The notes below the pieces were generated by a model. It ran no database searches, was not told the origin of the DNA, and worked only from the letters and a program-made list of their open reading frames with translations. DNA of 20,000 nucleotides from an uncultured virus (IMG/VR IMGVR_UViG_3300021255_000141) (Duplodnaviria; Heunggongvirae; Uroviricota; Caudoviricetes), in IMG/VR virus record IMGVR_UViG_3300021255_000141, one strand, 5' to 3'. Shown one piece after another: positions 1 through 8,489 of the stretch (position 1 is its first letter; every line of letters begins with the position of its first letter). The position numbers and the translations under genes were made by a program.

Positions 1-1
1 T

Positions 2-292
2 TTAATAAAAGATGAATATGGGAATTATTGCGACCCTAAAAATTATGAAACTGATATGGAAGTGCCAAAAGAATACATAATTAAAGAAGCCGATACGATA
101 GAAGAATTATGTGATGGGTTTATTTTTAAAGATACTTGTACAAATAAATTACATTTAGCAGACCTAAACGATGGAATATCTATGTTAGGTGTAGCGTTGT
201 TTGAAGAAACTTTAAGAGGTTTTATAGAAACTGATAAAGGCTTAATCTATGTTGCAAAGATGAACGAGAAAGGAGAATTAGAATTGATATGA
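2..292 (+). CDS. Phage hypothetical protein, probably 5'-truncated by the window edge
   Basis: The frame of ORF 56..292 is open back to position 2. It ends ...TDKGLIYVAKMNEKGELELI with an ATGA overlap into the next gene. Confidence 0.75.
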   Translation, partial: LIKDEYGNYCDPKNYETDMEVPKEYIIKEADTIEELCDGFIFKDTCTNKLHLADLNDGISMLGVALFEETLRGFIETDKGLIYVAKMNEKGELELI

Positions 293-498
293 GTAAATAT
301 GGTGACCATACAAAGAAAGAATTTATAAGTGAACAGTTGGATTATATAAGTTATAAAATATACAATAAAGATTGGTATTATTTAACGCAAGAAGAAAAGG
401 TAGAATTGGTTGGAGTGATACTTTCGATTATATCAGACAATATGATTGGTTATGATGGAAATTTTGAAGAGCCAATGTTAGAAGATAGGAGTGAGTAG
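289..498 (+). CDS. Hypothetical protein ending in EDRSE
   Basis: ORF track; SD AAAGGAG upstream; ends in the DRSE junction motif. Confidence 0.8.
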   Translation: MSKYGDHTKKEFISEQLDYISYKIYNKDWYYLTQEEKVELVGVILSIISDNMIGYDGNFEEPMLEDRSE

Positions 499-501
499 AA
501 T

Positions 502-708
502 ATGTTGTTAAATTCAAAAGATGATTATAAATTATCATTAAAGCAATATAATGTATTATTAAATTATTTTGATTATGAATATGATATTACTGATAATTAT
601 ATAATGCAAAATAATTATGATGAAATAAGTAAAACTATTGGAAAAGTATTAAAGCAAGTAGAACCTCGTTATAATCCTCACGAAGATGATTGGGGTGATA
701 TACAATGA
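502..708 (+). CDS. Hypothetical protein (MLLNSK...)
   Basis: ORF track; start follows the DRSE/SD motif; ATGA overlap with the next gene. Confidence 0.8.
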   Translation: MLLNSKDDYKLSLKQYNVLLNYFDYEYDITDNYIMQNNYDEISKTIGKVLKQVEPRYNPHEDDWGDIQ

Positions 709-1079
709 ATAGATTAACAAGAAAAGCAAAAAATGATGAAACTTATGATTTAGATTATATGACTTGCGAAGGTGATTATTATCCTTTAGGGAATATAGTT
801 GATATAGTTGATAAATTAGGTAAGTTAGAAGATTTGGAAGAACTACTAGGATGTCCGTTAGAAATTGTTATTACACCATATTTTAAAAGAGGTAAGTTAG
901 AAGTATTTTATCATAATAAAATGAGAGAAGTAATTAGAGTTGTAGCCTTTGAAGAAGCAACAAGACCTTATATGGAAATCTTTTATAGGGATAATGAAAA
1001 AGAGAAATTTAAAGTAAAAACAATTTGGTTAGATGATTACAAAAAGACTTGGTGGTTGAAAGAAGATAGGAGTGAATAA
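705..1079 (+). CDS. Modular phage hypothetical protein (KLGxLEDLEE, GCPLE and KTWWLKxDRSE modules)
   Basis: Shares peptide blocks with ORFs at 3337, 5426 and 10194. Confidence 0.85.
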   Translation: MNRLTRKAKNDETYDLDYMTCEGDYYPLGNIVDIVDKLGKLEDLEELLGCPLEIVITPYFKRGKLEVFYHNKMREVIRVVAFEEATRPYMEIFYRDNEKEKFKVKTIWLDDYKKTWWLKEDRSE

Positions 1080-1082
1080 AAG

Positions 1083-1658
1083 ATGAAATTATTATTATAT
1101 TGCACAAAAGCAAAACCCATATTAAGAAAATTCTATAATTATTTTTTAGATAAGCATACTGACAATTATTATTGGAAAAAAGGACAAGTTGCTCCTTATA
1201 ATTTTAATGGCAAAATTGTAGCTGAATGTGATTATGAGGTAGATAGACTATCTAATAATAATATTTATAAAGAATATGTATTAGAACATAATTCTGAATT
1301 ATGGGAAAATGATATTCTTACAAAATCTTGTCTTACTTATGATGAATTAAATAATTATTTAAGTGGTAATGGTTATGCAATCCACATTAAGAACTTGCAT
1401 ATATTTGATGAGCCAAAGAAATTGAGTGAGTATTATTCAATAATAGATATGGGTGGTGGTATGTTAGGAACTAAACCTTTAATAAAAGCACCTCAAAATA
1501 TGATGAGTGTTAGTTCTAATCAATGGGAATATTGTTTTTATAACCCAAATGATATAAACATCTTAATCTCAATTAGACCAGAATGGCTATGCAAAATTCT
1601 AAATGGAGAAAAAACTATTGAGGTTAGAAAGAAAGTGTTAAAGGAGATGATTAGATAA
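1083..1658 (+). CDS. ASCH-domain protein, apparently circularly permuted (copy 1)
   Basis: The ASCH signature ILISIRPEW..KILNGEKTIEVRK (GxKxxExR) is at the C-terminus. LLYCTK, NGKIVAE and GYAIHIKNLHIFD precede it. Confidence 0.8.
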   Translation: MKLLLYCTKAKPILRKFYNYFLDKHTDNYYWKKGQVAPYNFNGKIVAECDYEVDRLSNNNIYKEYVLEHNSELWENDILTKSCLTYDELNNYLSGNGYAIHIKNLHIFDEPKKLSEYYSIIDMGGGMLGTKPLIKAPQNMMSVSSNQWEYCFYNPNDINILISIRPEWLCKILNGEKTIEVRKKVLKEMIR

Positions 1659-1945
1659 TGTATTTTGAACTAATTTTTAAACTAATACTATGTCATTTAT
1701 TAGGTGATTATGTATTACAAATAGATTATTTAGCAAAGACAAAAGGTAATAATTTTTATCATTTACTAGCACATTGTTTTTTATATGCAGTTCCATTTTA
1801 TATATGTTTTGGATTTATATGGCAACTTATACCATTGATTTCTTTACATATAATCATAGATTTATTAAAGGCTAGATATAAGTTAATACCTTATTGGTTA
1901 GACCAATTACTACATTATTTAACTTGTTTATTATATTTAATTTAG
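1658..1945 (+). CDS. DUF3307-like membrane protein (copy 1)
   Basis: Motifs HLLGDYVLQ, LLAH, HIIIDLLK and DQLLH within hydrophobic helices; paralog at 11004. Confidence 0.8.
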   Translation: MYFELIFKLILCHLLGDYVLQIDYLAKTKGNNFYHLLAHCFLYAVPFYICFGFIWQLIPLISLHIIIDLLKARYKLIPYWLDQLLHYLTCLLYLI

Positions 1946-1961
1946 CAAAGGAGATGATAAA

Positions 1962-2387
1962 ATGAGTAAAGAATATTTAGAAGCATTAGAAAAGATTGAA
2001 GAAGTTTTAGATAGTTATAATATAACAAGTTATTGGTTTAAAGAATTAGATAATATCAAACAAGCACTACAACGCCTAAATGCAATAGAAAACTCAAATC
2101 CTAGTGAAGCGATAAAGTGTTTAGAAGAAATATGCAATGATAAGACAATTCATGATTATATACTTTATAATTGTTTAGATGAAGGGTTTACAACTGTAAT
2201 ACATTCTTTACTAAAGGTACAAGATTTAGAAAAAGAAAATGCTTATATTGAAAAACTATTGCAAGTTATAAAACAAGAGTTTAAACTTGAATTATATGCC
2301 ATGTGTAAAAGAAGATTAGAATTAGCAACAAATGCAAATAGAGATAATTTAGAGAAAATATTAGAGTGGTTAAAAAAGGAGGAATAA
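1962..2387 (+). CDS. Modular phage hypothetical protein (MSKE, IKQALQRL..PSEA, EKENA and CKRxLEL..LKKEE modules)
   Basis: Blocks shared with 10194, 5426 and 2635; SD AAAGGAG. Confidence 0.85.
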   Translation: MSKEYLEALEKIEEVLDSYNITSYWFKELDNIKQALQRLNAIENSNPSEAIKCLEEICNDKTIHDYILYNCLDEGFTTVIHSLLKVQDLEKENAYIEKLLQVIKQEFKLELYAMCKRRLELATNANRDNLEKILEWLKKEE

Positions 2388-2389
2388 GC

Positions 2390-2632
2390 ATGACAGCAAG
2401 TGCAATAATATTAGTAGCAAGTTATACAAACGAAAACTGTTTGAATTGTGGTAGGCATAGAGTTGAATTAGTTACGTTAGAAAATGGTCATCAATACAAT
2501 ATTTGTGAAAAGTGTCATTATATAAAAGAGCAAGATAGATATTGCGAATATATAGATATGTCATTTGATTTTACTTCATTTAATAGAAGAGGAAGATTGG
2601 TAAAATGGCTAAAAGAAGATAGGAGTGAATAG
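2390..2632 (+). CDS. Small Zn-ribbon-like protein ending in WLKEDRSE
   Basis: Two CxxC pairs (CLNC, CEKC). ATG 2390 follows SD AGGAGG and is preferred over the track start at 2366. Confidence 0.75.
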   Translation: MTASAIILVASYTNENCLNCGRHRVELVTLENGHQYNICEKCHYIKEQDRYCEYIDMSFDFTSFNRRGRLVKWLKEDRSE

Positions 2633-2634
2633 AG

Positions 2635-3174
2635 ATGCAATGTGGAGATAATCGATTTGAAATTATTGAAAAGGCTAAAAAACATTTAATTAATGCTACT
2701 AATATTAAAGATAGTCCAGAAGAAATGGAAGTTATTGATAGTATTTTATTTAGATGTTGGCAAATGGGTTGGTTAGATAAATATAATAATAAACCTGGTG
2801 AAGCGTTGGAGTATTTAGAACATATTAAAAAAGATGATTTTAATATGATATTAACAACTTATCCGCCATTACCAGCATATAATGGTATAACTAAAGATGA
2901 AATGTTCAATAAAATAGAAGAAACACTTATTAATGCACGAGAAGATAAACGGAAACTTAAAATTTTTAAAGAATCATATAAAGAACAAAATGAAATGCTT
3001 GAAAATTTAGAAGAGCAAGCAAGAGAGCGATTACAAATGTTATTAATAATTAAATTTAAATTCGGTATGGATTTATATGATATTTGTAAAAGAAAATTAG
3101 AATTATGCACTTGTGCTGCTGATAGAAACCCTATTGAAAAAATTATTGAATTTTTAAAAAAGGAGGAAGAATAA
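2635..3174 (+). CDS. Modular phage hypothetical protein sharing its C-terminal module with 1962..2387
   Basis: LYDICKRKLELCTCAADRNPIEKIIEFLKKEEE versus LYAMCKRRLELATNANRDNLEKILEWLKKEE. Confidence 0.85.
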   Translation: MQCGDNRFEIIEKAKKHLINATNIKDSPEEMEVIDSILFRCWQMGWLDKYNNKPGEALEYLEHIKKDDFNMILTTYPPLPAYNGITKDEMFNKIEETLINAREDKRKLKIFKESYKEQNEMLENLEEQARERLQMLLIIKFKFGMDLYDICKRKLELCTCAADRNPIEKIIEFLKKEEE

Positions 3175-3344
3175 TGAAAGGAAGAAGATATTTTATTATA
3201 ATAACTTGGTTTCCATACAATGAATTATTGGAAAATAGAACAACTGTAATAGATGTAGAAGAAAGTATGATAGAGAGATTTATATCTACACTACCTTTAA
3301 GTGAGATTGCAAAAATTAGGGTGGAGGAAAATAATAATGAGTAG
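3174..3344 (+). CDS. 56-aa hypothetical protein (absent from ORF track)
   Basis: Manual translation MKGRRYFIIITWFPY...RVEENNNE*; TAATG coupling; SD AGGAGG; fills the gap between neighbours. Confidence 0.7.
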   Translation: MKGRRYFIIITWFPYNELLENRTTVIDVEESMIERFISTLPLSEIAKIRVEENNNE

Positions 3345-3630
3345 AATTACAAAATTCGAGCCTAGTCCAAATAGTAAATTCCCTTATAAATTAAAAGATG
3401 ATTGTCTTGCAACTGAATTAGATTGTATTCATAAACTAGGCGGACTAGAAGATTTAGAAGAAGAAATGGGTATTATTCCATTAGAAACAATTTTGAACTA
3501 TATAAAAAATGGTTTTACTGATAAAACTGGTAAATATCATAAACAATGCTATTTAACTTATGTAGATAATGAGTGGTGTATTTGTGATTTAATTACTGAT
3601 GAATGTTTTGTATTAAAGGAGATGTTATAA
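3337..3630 (+). CDS. Modular hypothetical protein (MSRIT...KLGGLEDLEE...VLKEML)
   Basis: ATG 3337 follows GGAGG. The N-terminal region resembles the 705 ORF, and the 3' end is identical over 18 nt to the 9153 ORF end. Confidence 0.8.
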   Translation: MSRITKFEPSPNSKFPYKLKDDCLATELDCIHKLGGLEDLEEEMGIIPLETILNYIKNGFTDKTGKYHKQCYLTYVDNEWCICDLITDECFVLKEML

Positions 3631-4209
3631 ATGTATTTAAAAGATTTTACTAATAAAGGGTTTATAGTAACAAAAGAAGATGAAATAAAAGAATCTGATA
3701 AAAGAATATATAGAAGAGTAATGAAAGATGAATTTGAACATATTGAAATTATGAAATGGTTTACAGATGACAAAGATTGGAATGAAGTTAGAGATTATGC
3801 CTATGATAATTATAAGTGTTCATTAGTATGTATTCATAGTGGCTCAGATGGTTCTTACCCTGTTTTAAATAAGTATGCAAAGGGTGAAAGAATTATTCTT
3901 GAACGAGAAGGTATTCAATTATTTATAGAGAAAGATGTAGATACAGATTTTATTTATCAAATTGATATGAATATAAATTATGTAAATGGTGGTGCTGGAA
4001 CTGAAAACTTTTACAGAGCAGAAACATCTACAGATAAAACTACAGTAAATTATGTTCTTGGTTTAATTTTAAAGAAGAAATTTGAACTACTTGAAGAATC
4101 AGATGAGAGATTAGTAGAAGAAATTGAAAAATTACAATCAAGAAATAAATATTATAAAGAGAACTATTCAAAAGGAATAGGATTCTTAATTGATTGTGTT
4201 AGAATTTAG
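3631..4209 (+). CDS. Hypothetical protein
   Basis: 192-aa ORF abutting the previous stop; SD AAAGGAG. Confidence 0.8.
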   Translation: MYLKDFTNKGFIVTKEDEIKESDKRIYRRVMKDEFEHIEIMKWFTDDKDWNEVRDYAYDNYKCSLVCIHSGSDGSYPVLNKYAKGERIILEREGIQLFIEKDVDTDFIYQIDMNINYVNGGAGTENFYRAETSTDKTTVNYVLGLILKKKFELLEESDERLVEEIEKLQSRNKYYKENYSKGIGFLIDCVRI

Positions 4210-4222
4210 GAGAATGTTGTAA

Positions 4223-4393
4223 ATGGAAAAGAAAATAATTGAATTAACTAACAAAGAATTACTTGATTGGGTATCTAAAAATTGTGATTATTATGTTAAG
4301 GATAATTGTTATGGTTGTCCACTTAATATTGATGATAATTGTTATGTAGATATTGAAACAGTAATGAAAACAAGAAAGGTAGAGGTGGAATAA
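4223..4393 (+). CDS. 56-aa Cys-containing hypothetical protein (absent from ORF track)
   Basis: Manual translation MEKKIIELTNKELLDWVSKNC...CYGCPL...C...RKVEVE*; SD AGGAG. Confidence 0.72.
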   Translation: MEKKIIELTNKELLDWVSKNCDYYVKDNCYGCPLNIDDNCYVDIETVMKTRKVEVE

Positions 4394-4395
4394 GA

Positions 4396-4692
4396 ATGAC
4401 ATTTGAAGAAGCAATTAAGCGTTTAAGACAAGAAACAGCACCTGCAACATATTGTCCTGATTTTGATAAGGAAGAATGTTTAAAGGTAATTGAAAAGGAA
4501 CATAAGGCATTAGAGATTATTAAGAAATATTTTAATATTGAATTTAATGAAGAAACAACTTCACAGGGCGATATTTTGGCTAGATTTGTATACATACAAG
4601 GAAAAGAATATGCTAGAAAATGGGATTACGTTGCAGCAGCTGACCTTGTTAATTATCAAGAAGATTTTAAAACGTTAAAGGAAGTGTTGTAA
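4396..4692 (+). CDS. Hypothetical protein (KALEIIKKY...LKEVL type)
   Basis: ORF track; SD GAGGTG; shares EIIKKY and KEV with the 14555 ORF. Confidence 0.8.
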   Translation: MTFEEAIKRLRQETAPATYCPDFDKEECLKVIEKEHKALEIIKKYFNIEFNEETTSQGDILARFVYIQGKEYARKWDYVAAADLVNYQEDFKTLKEVL

Positions 4693-4694
4693 AT

Positions 4695-4775
4695 ATGTTT
4701 TCTATTGGTATATTTTTTGGAATAATAATTGGTGTTGTAATCACAAACATATTATTGAGAGGTGAAAGAAGATGA
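4695..4775 (+). CDS. 26-aa single-TM micropeptide
   Basis: MFSIGIFFGIIIGVVITNILLRGERR*; SD AAGGA; ATGA overlap with the next gene. Confidence 0.6.
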   Translation: MFSIGIFFGIIIGVVITNILLRGERR

Positions 4776-5068
4776 GTAAATATTTATATAGACCTCATTG
4801 TGGTGGGCTTGCTGATGCTATGAAAGAATTAAAAGAATTCAAGTCCAAGTATGAAATGTTAAATTATATTTATAAACATCATTCTTTTGGAGACGAAAAT
4901 TCTATAAAAGATATTACTTTTCATAAATACGCTTCTGGAGATTATAGAATTGGCTGGAAAACCACTTACATAGTATGCAGCAAAGGAAGAGGTGGATGTG
5001 GGTGGTTTACAAAAGATTTGTCTAAGAAGGAAAGTCTTGAAATTTATACTAAATGGTTAAAAAAGTAG
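4772..5068 (+). CDS. Hypothetical protein
   Basis: ORF track; SD GAGGTG; followed by a terminator. Confidence 0.8.
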   Translation: MSKYLYRPHCGGLADAMKELKEFKSKYEMLNYIYKHHSFGDENSIKDITFHKYASGDYRIGWKTTYIVCSKGRGGCGWFTKDLSKKESLEIYTKWLKK

Positions 5069-5094
5069 GAATTTAAAATATTCCTATTTTTTTT
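5059..5094 (+). terminator. Intrinsic terminator, possibly bidirectional
   Basis: Stem TAGGAAT (5066-5072) / ATTCCTA (5080-5086), followed by T8 and preceded by an A-tract. Confidence 0.7.
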
Positions 5095-5106
5095 ATTAAA
5101 AAACTA

Positions 5107-5135
5107 TTGACACTAATTATAAGTAATGATATAAT
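5107..5135 (+). promoter_or_regulatory. Consensus sigmaA/sigma70 promoter with extended -10
   Basis: TTGACA (5107-5112), 17-nt spacer ending TGA, TATAAT (5130-5135). Confidence 0.88.
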
Positions 5136-5166
5136 TTAGTTGTAAAGAGAAAGAGAGGTAGATAAT

Positions 5167-5424
5167 ATGGAGTTAAAATTAACGAATTATCTAGGAGAGG
5201 TTACAAAAATAGTAGATATTAAAGAAGGAGATTATGTACAAATAGACGTAATTACTGGAGACTGGGTTATGCAGTTACCTTTTCATGTTGATACAGCAGA
5301 CGACAGATTAACAGATTATTTTGATGGAAGTGTTAGTTTTATTGCCACAAAAGAAAATGTTGATAAAGTAAATGCATGCAGCAATGAATATGATATTTTA
5401 AATATAAAGTTTGAGGTGATTTAA
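5167..5424 (+). CDS. Hypothetical protein
   Basis: ORF track; SD GAGGT; first gene after the promoter. Confidence 0.8.
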   Translation: MELKLTNYLGEVTKIVDIKEGDYVQIDVITGDWVMQLPFHVDTADDRLTDYFDGSVSFIATKENVDKVNACSNEYDILNIKFEVI

Positions 5425-5425
5425 A

Positions 5426-5971
5426 ATGAAAATTATGAATGAATATTTAGAAACGTTAAGTAATAAAATAAGATATAAAAAAGAATATATTGAAAATGAT
5501 ACATATAGATTATTTATCAAGAAAAACGAACTAGAGTTTTTAGAGAAAGAATTACAAAGATTAGAAACATTAGAAAATGTTAAATCAAACAAAGCATTAG
5601 AACATTTTAAACATTTTGAAAAATGGTATAGAAAATTAAGTTATAATGTTGTAACAACTTATCAATTAGACAAAGATTTAGAAACTATCAAACAAACCTT
5701 ATTCAAATCACAAGAAATGGAAAAGGAAAATGCTAGATATAAACAATTAGAAGAGCAAATAGGTTGTCCATTAGAGGTTAGATGTAAAGTTGTAAGTGAT
5801 AGCCATATTTATGATGAAAACGGAATTGAATATGATGTTGTTTACATTCACAAAGAATATTTTGACTGCGAAGACCCTCTTGACAATGATATAGGTTATA
5901 CTAAACTATGTGCTTTTGAATGGAAAGATTATAAAAAGACTTGGTGGTTAAAAGCCGATAGGAGTGAATAA
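5426..5971 (+). CDS. Modular phage hypothetical protein (LQRLE, EKENA..GCPLE and KTWWLKADRSE modules)
   Basis: Blocks shared with 705, 1962 and 10194. Confidence 0.85.
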   Translation: MKIMNEYLETLSNKIRYKKEYIENDTYRLFIKKNELEFLEKELQRLETLENVKSNKALEHFKHFEKWYRKLSYNVVTTYQLDKDLETIKQTLFKSQEMEKENARYKQLEEQIGCPLEVRCKVVSDSHIYDENGIEYDVVYIHKEYFDCEDPLDNDIGYTKLCAFEWKDYKKTWWLKADRSE

Positions 5972-5974
5972 AAG

Positions 5975-6304
5975 ATGAAATTAAAAGAATATATAGGATA
6001 TGAAAATTGGGAAGAATTATTAGATAAATATGAAAATGAAGATTTTGGTGACGCTGAAGTAAGAAAACATTTTAGAAATGATTTTAATGAAGTTAGTGAA
6101 CTAATGTGGAGATGTTGGACTAAGAAGTTTGATGATATGGATATCAAAGCGTTAGCAGAAGTTTGGTGTTCTGGTATTGAACAAGGTAAAACTATGAAAG
6201 ATACCTATGAAGAAGCGTGTGCTTATTTAGATTATTCAAGTGATAGAATGAATTTCGGTAGATGGATGCGTATCAGAATTTTATTAAATTATGATGTAAA
6301 ATAA
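5975..6304 (+). CDS. Hypothetical protein
   Basis: ORF track; start follows the DRSE motif. Confidence 0.8.
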   Translation: MKLKEYIGYENWEELLDKYENEDFGDAEVRKHFRNDFNEVSELMWRCWTKKFDDMDIKALAEVWCSGIEQGKTMKDTYEEACAYLDYSSDRMNFGRWMRIRILLNYDVK

Positions 6305-6321
6305 AATCAGGAGGAATAGAT

Positions 6322-6639
6322 ATGAACTTACCAAGATTAAATACTTATGTATATATAATTACTTATGTAAATGGTTCACCTTATACCATAACAAAAGATA
6401 AGGTTTATATGAAGAATAAGAAATCATTTATCACAGAAGAAATGTTAAGTGATTGTTTTATACCAGAATTTCCTATGCCACTAAATGTAGATGATTATGG
6501 AAGATACTGGTGTAAATCATTAAAAGAATGTAAAGATATTCTTGAAAAATGGAGACAAGAAGAAATGAAATATTTTGGGAATAAAATAGAACCTTATAAA
6601 CTTAAAAAGATTTCAGATTATTCTTGGAATGTAGAATAA
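6322..6639 (+). CDS. Hypothetical protein
   Basis: ORF track; SD AGGAGG. Confidence 0.8.
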   Translation: MNLPRLNTYVYIITYVNGSPYTITKDKVYMKNKKSFITEEMLSDCFIPEFPMPLNVDDYGRYWCKSLKECKDILEKWRQEEMKYFGNKIEPYKLKKISDYSWNVE

Positions 6640-6655
6640 AGGAGGAGTGATTAAT

Positions 6656-6940
6656 ATGGTAGGTATAACAGAATTCAAGAAGGATTTAAACGCTGTAATA
6701 GGTGATAAAGACCTTTGGATAGATTTATTTTTCCAAGATAAATTTGTAGGAACCATCAGATTTGACAAAGCCAAGAGCAAGAAGCAGGTGATGGATTCAA
6801 TTACAACCGAAAAAGTATCCAACGATTATGATTATGAGAAAGATGATGGTTCCACAGTAGACTACATATCCTTGTGGATAGAGAATGAATTTGGGTACTG
6901 TTATTACATGTTTGATGAATATAAAATAAATTGTTATTAA
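6656..6940 (+). CDS. Hypothetical protein
   Basis: ATG 6656 follows GGAGGAGTGA; the track start is GTG 6647. Confidence 0.75.
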   Translation: MVGITEFKKDLNAVIGDKDLWIDLFFQDKFVGTIRFDKAKSKKQVMDSITTEKVSNDYDYEKDDGSTVDYISLWIENEFGYCYYMFDEYKINCY

Positions 6941-6962
6941 AAGGAGGATAAGAAGAATAGAT

Positions 6963-7150
6963 ATGTTAATAAAAATCAATTTAAATGAATTAATTGAAAC
7001 TGTAGTTGATACAACTGTTGAACATTATGTTGATGATACTGAAGATAGCATGAAATATAGCCACAGAGAAATTCGTGATGAAAGTATTGATGATATGAAA
7101 ATAGTTTAATAAGAAAATTAACTGCAATATTTGAGGATAAGAGTGAATAA
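6963..7150 (+). pseudogene. Frameshifted small gene that would end FEDKSE*
   Basis: The reading from ATG 6963 stops at TAA 7107-7109. Adding one A to the A4 run at 7098-7101 gives ...MKNSLIRKLTAIFEDKSE*, ending at the junction motif 7136-7150. Confidence 0.65.
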
Positions 7151-7151
7151 T

Positions 7152-7399
7152 ATGGAATGGTATCAAATTTTAGTCTTATATTTTCTATTGAAGCATTTAT
7201 AAATGTGACCTTTATTATTATTACAGTAAATGGAGTAGGTTTTAAATATGAATGGGATGTATATGTACCAATGCCTAAAGACTTTAAAGATAACACAGAA
7301 ATGAATTGGCTTGGTTGTGTAGTTTGTTATATACTATTATTTATTTTATTACCAATTCCAAATATTTGTAAACTTGTTTATTGGTTATTTCATATTTAA
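7152..7399 (+). pseudogene. Two-TM membrane protein, probably frameshifted near the N-terminus
   Basis: ATG 7152 directly follows the junction motif and reads MEWYQILV..., then stops at 7202. One extra base near 7174 would join it to the LIFSIEAF... frame of track ORF 7157..7399. Confidence 0.55.
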
Positions 7400-7413
7400 G
7401 GAGGAAATTAATT

Positions 7414-7761
7414 ATGAATAAATTATATTATATAACATTCTCTGAAAAAGAATGTCCACATATCAGAGTTAATGAATATGAAGTTACAGAAAAAGTAAAT
7501 GATACCTATTATGTAAAAATAGGCGATAATGAATATACAGATGATGTTCGTAAATGGGAAATAGATAACTTTGATACAGGATTAAATACTTATGATTCTT
7601 ATGAAGGTGGATATTTTGCTTATATGTGGCTATCAAATAATGATAGGGATAGTATTTTAAAGTTTGAGAATGAAGTTCTTAAAATACTTAATAATAGAAT
7701 AGTTAGATTAAATAATGAAATGGAAAGATTTGAAAAAATGAAAATGTTAGTAGGTGATTAG
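7414..7761 (+). CDS. Hypothetical protein
   Basis: ATG 7414 follows AAGGAGG; the track start is TTG 7381. Confidence 0.8.
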   Translation: MNKLYYITFSEKECPHIRVNEYEVTEKVNDTYYVKIGDNEYTDDVRKWEIDNFDTGLNTYDSYEGGYFAYMWLSNNDRDSILKFENEVLKILNNRIVRLNNEMERFEKMKMLVGD

Positions 7762-7764
7762 AAT

Positions 7765-7950
7765 ATGAATGAATTTTTAAAAAATAACCCATTTATTGTA
7801 GTTGAAAGTGAGGCAACAGATGAAAACCCATTTGCAGAAAATAAAATTAGATTAGCAACGCCAGATGAATTTGGTAAGAAAGTATTAGAACATTTACAGG
7901 ATGAAGATTTTGTGAATATGTTAAAAGATTTTGAAAATAATGAGGTGTGA
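7765..7950 (+). CDS. Hypothetical acidic protein
   Basis: ORF track; SD AGGTGA. Confidence 0.75.
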   Translation: MNEFLKNNPFIVVESEATDENPFAENKIRLATPDEFGKKVLEHLQDEDFVNMLKDFENNEV

Positions 7951-7955
7951 ATTGT

Positions 7956-8156
7956 ATGAGTAAAATAATTAAAGTAAGAATTACATATAATACAGGTTTT
8001 GTCTTAGAAACAAATATGGAAGAAGGCACTTTTGATTATTATGCAAAAAATAGAAATGTTATGTATAATCCTAAATATCCTACTGTAGATGTTAATATAG
8101 GAGATACTGAGTTTATTAGTTTATATGGAGCAGTTAAATTAGAAAGGTGTGAATAA
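7956..8156 (+). CDS. Hypothetical protein ending ERCE (degenerate junction)
   Basis: ATG 7956 follows GAGGTG. Confidence 0.75.
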   Translation: MSKIIKVRITYNTGFVLETNMEEGTFDYYAKNRNVMYNPKYPTVDVNIGDTEFISLYGAVKLERCE

Positions 8157-8158
8157 AA

Positions 8159-8488
8159 ATGACACAAGAAGAAAAAGATAATGCAATAGAAAACAAAGAT
8201 TATCAAGATTTTGTTGATAGATTAATCTGTAATGGTTTTTATTTTAAAATTGATTTAGAAGAGAAAAGAATGTATATCTCTACATATCAACAGAGAGAAG
8301 AAACTTGGAGTGATATAGGATTCCACTATTATGGAAAAGCACAAACTCATTATATTAAAATTAATGATTTAGATGAAGTATCAGATATTATAGGCGATGC
8401 AGTTAGTACTATGAAAGAGTATATGAAAAATGAAACTGCAAAGAAATTAAAAGATGTTATAGTTCATCATTTAGGAAGAAGTGAGTAA
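8159..8488 (+). CDS. Hypothetical protein (MTQEE..., ends GRSE)
   Basis: ORF track; bounded by degenerate junction motifs on both sides. Confidence 0.8.
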   Translation: MTQEEKDNAIENKDYQDFVDRLICNGFYFKIDLEEKRMYISTYQQREETWSDIGFHYYGKAQTHYIKINDLDEVSDIIGDAVSTMKEYMKNETAKKLKDVIVHHLGRSE

Positions 8489-8489
8489 T

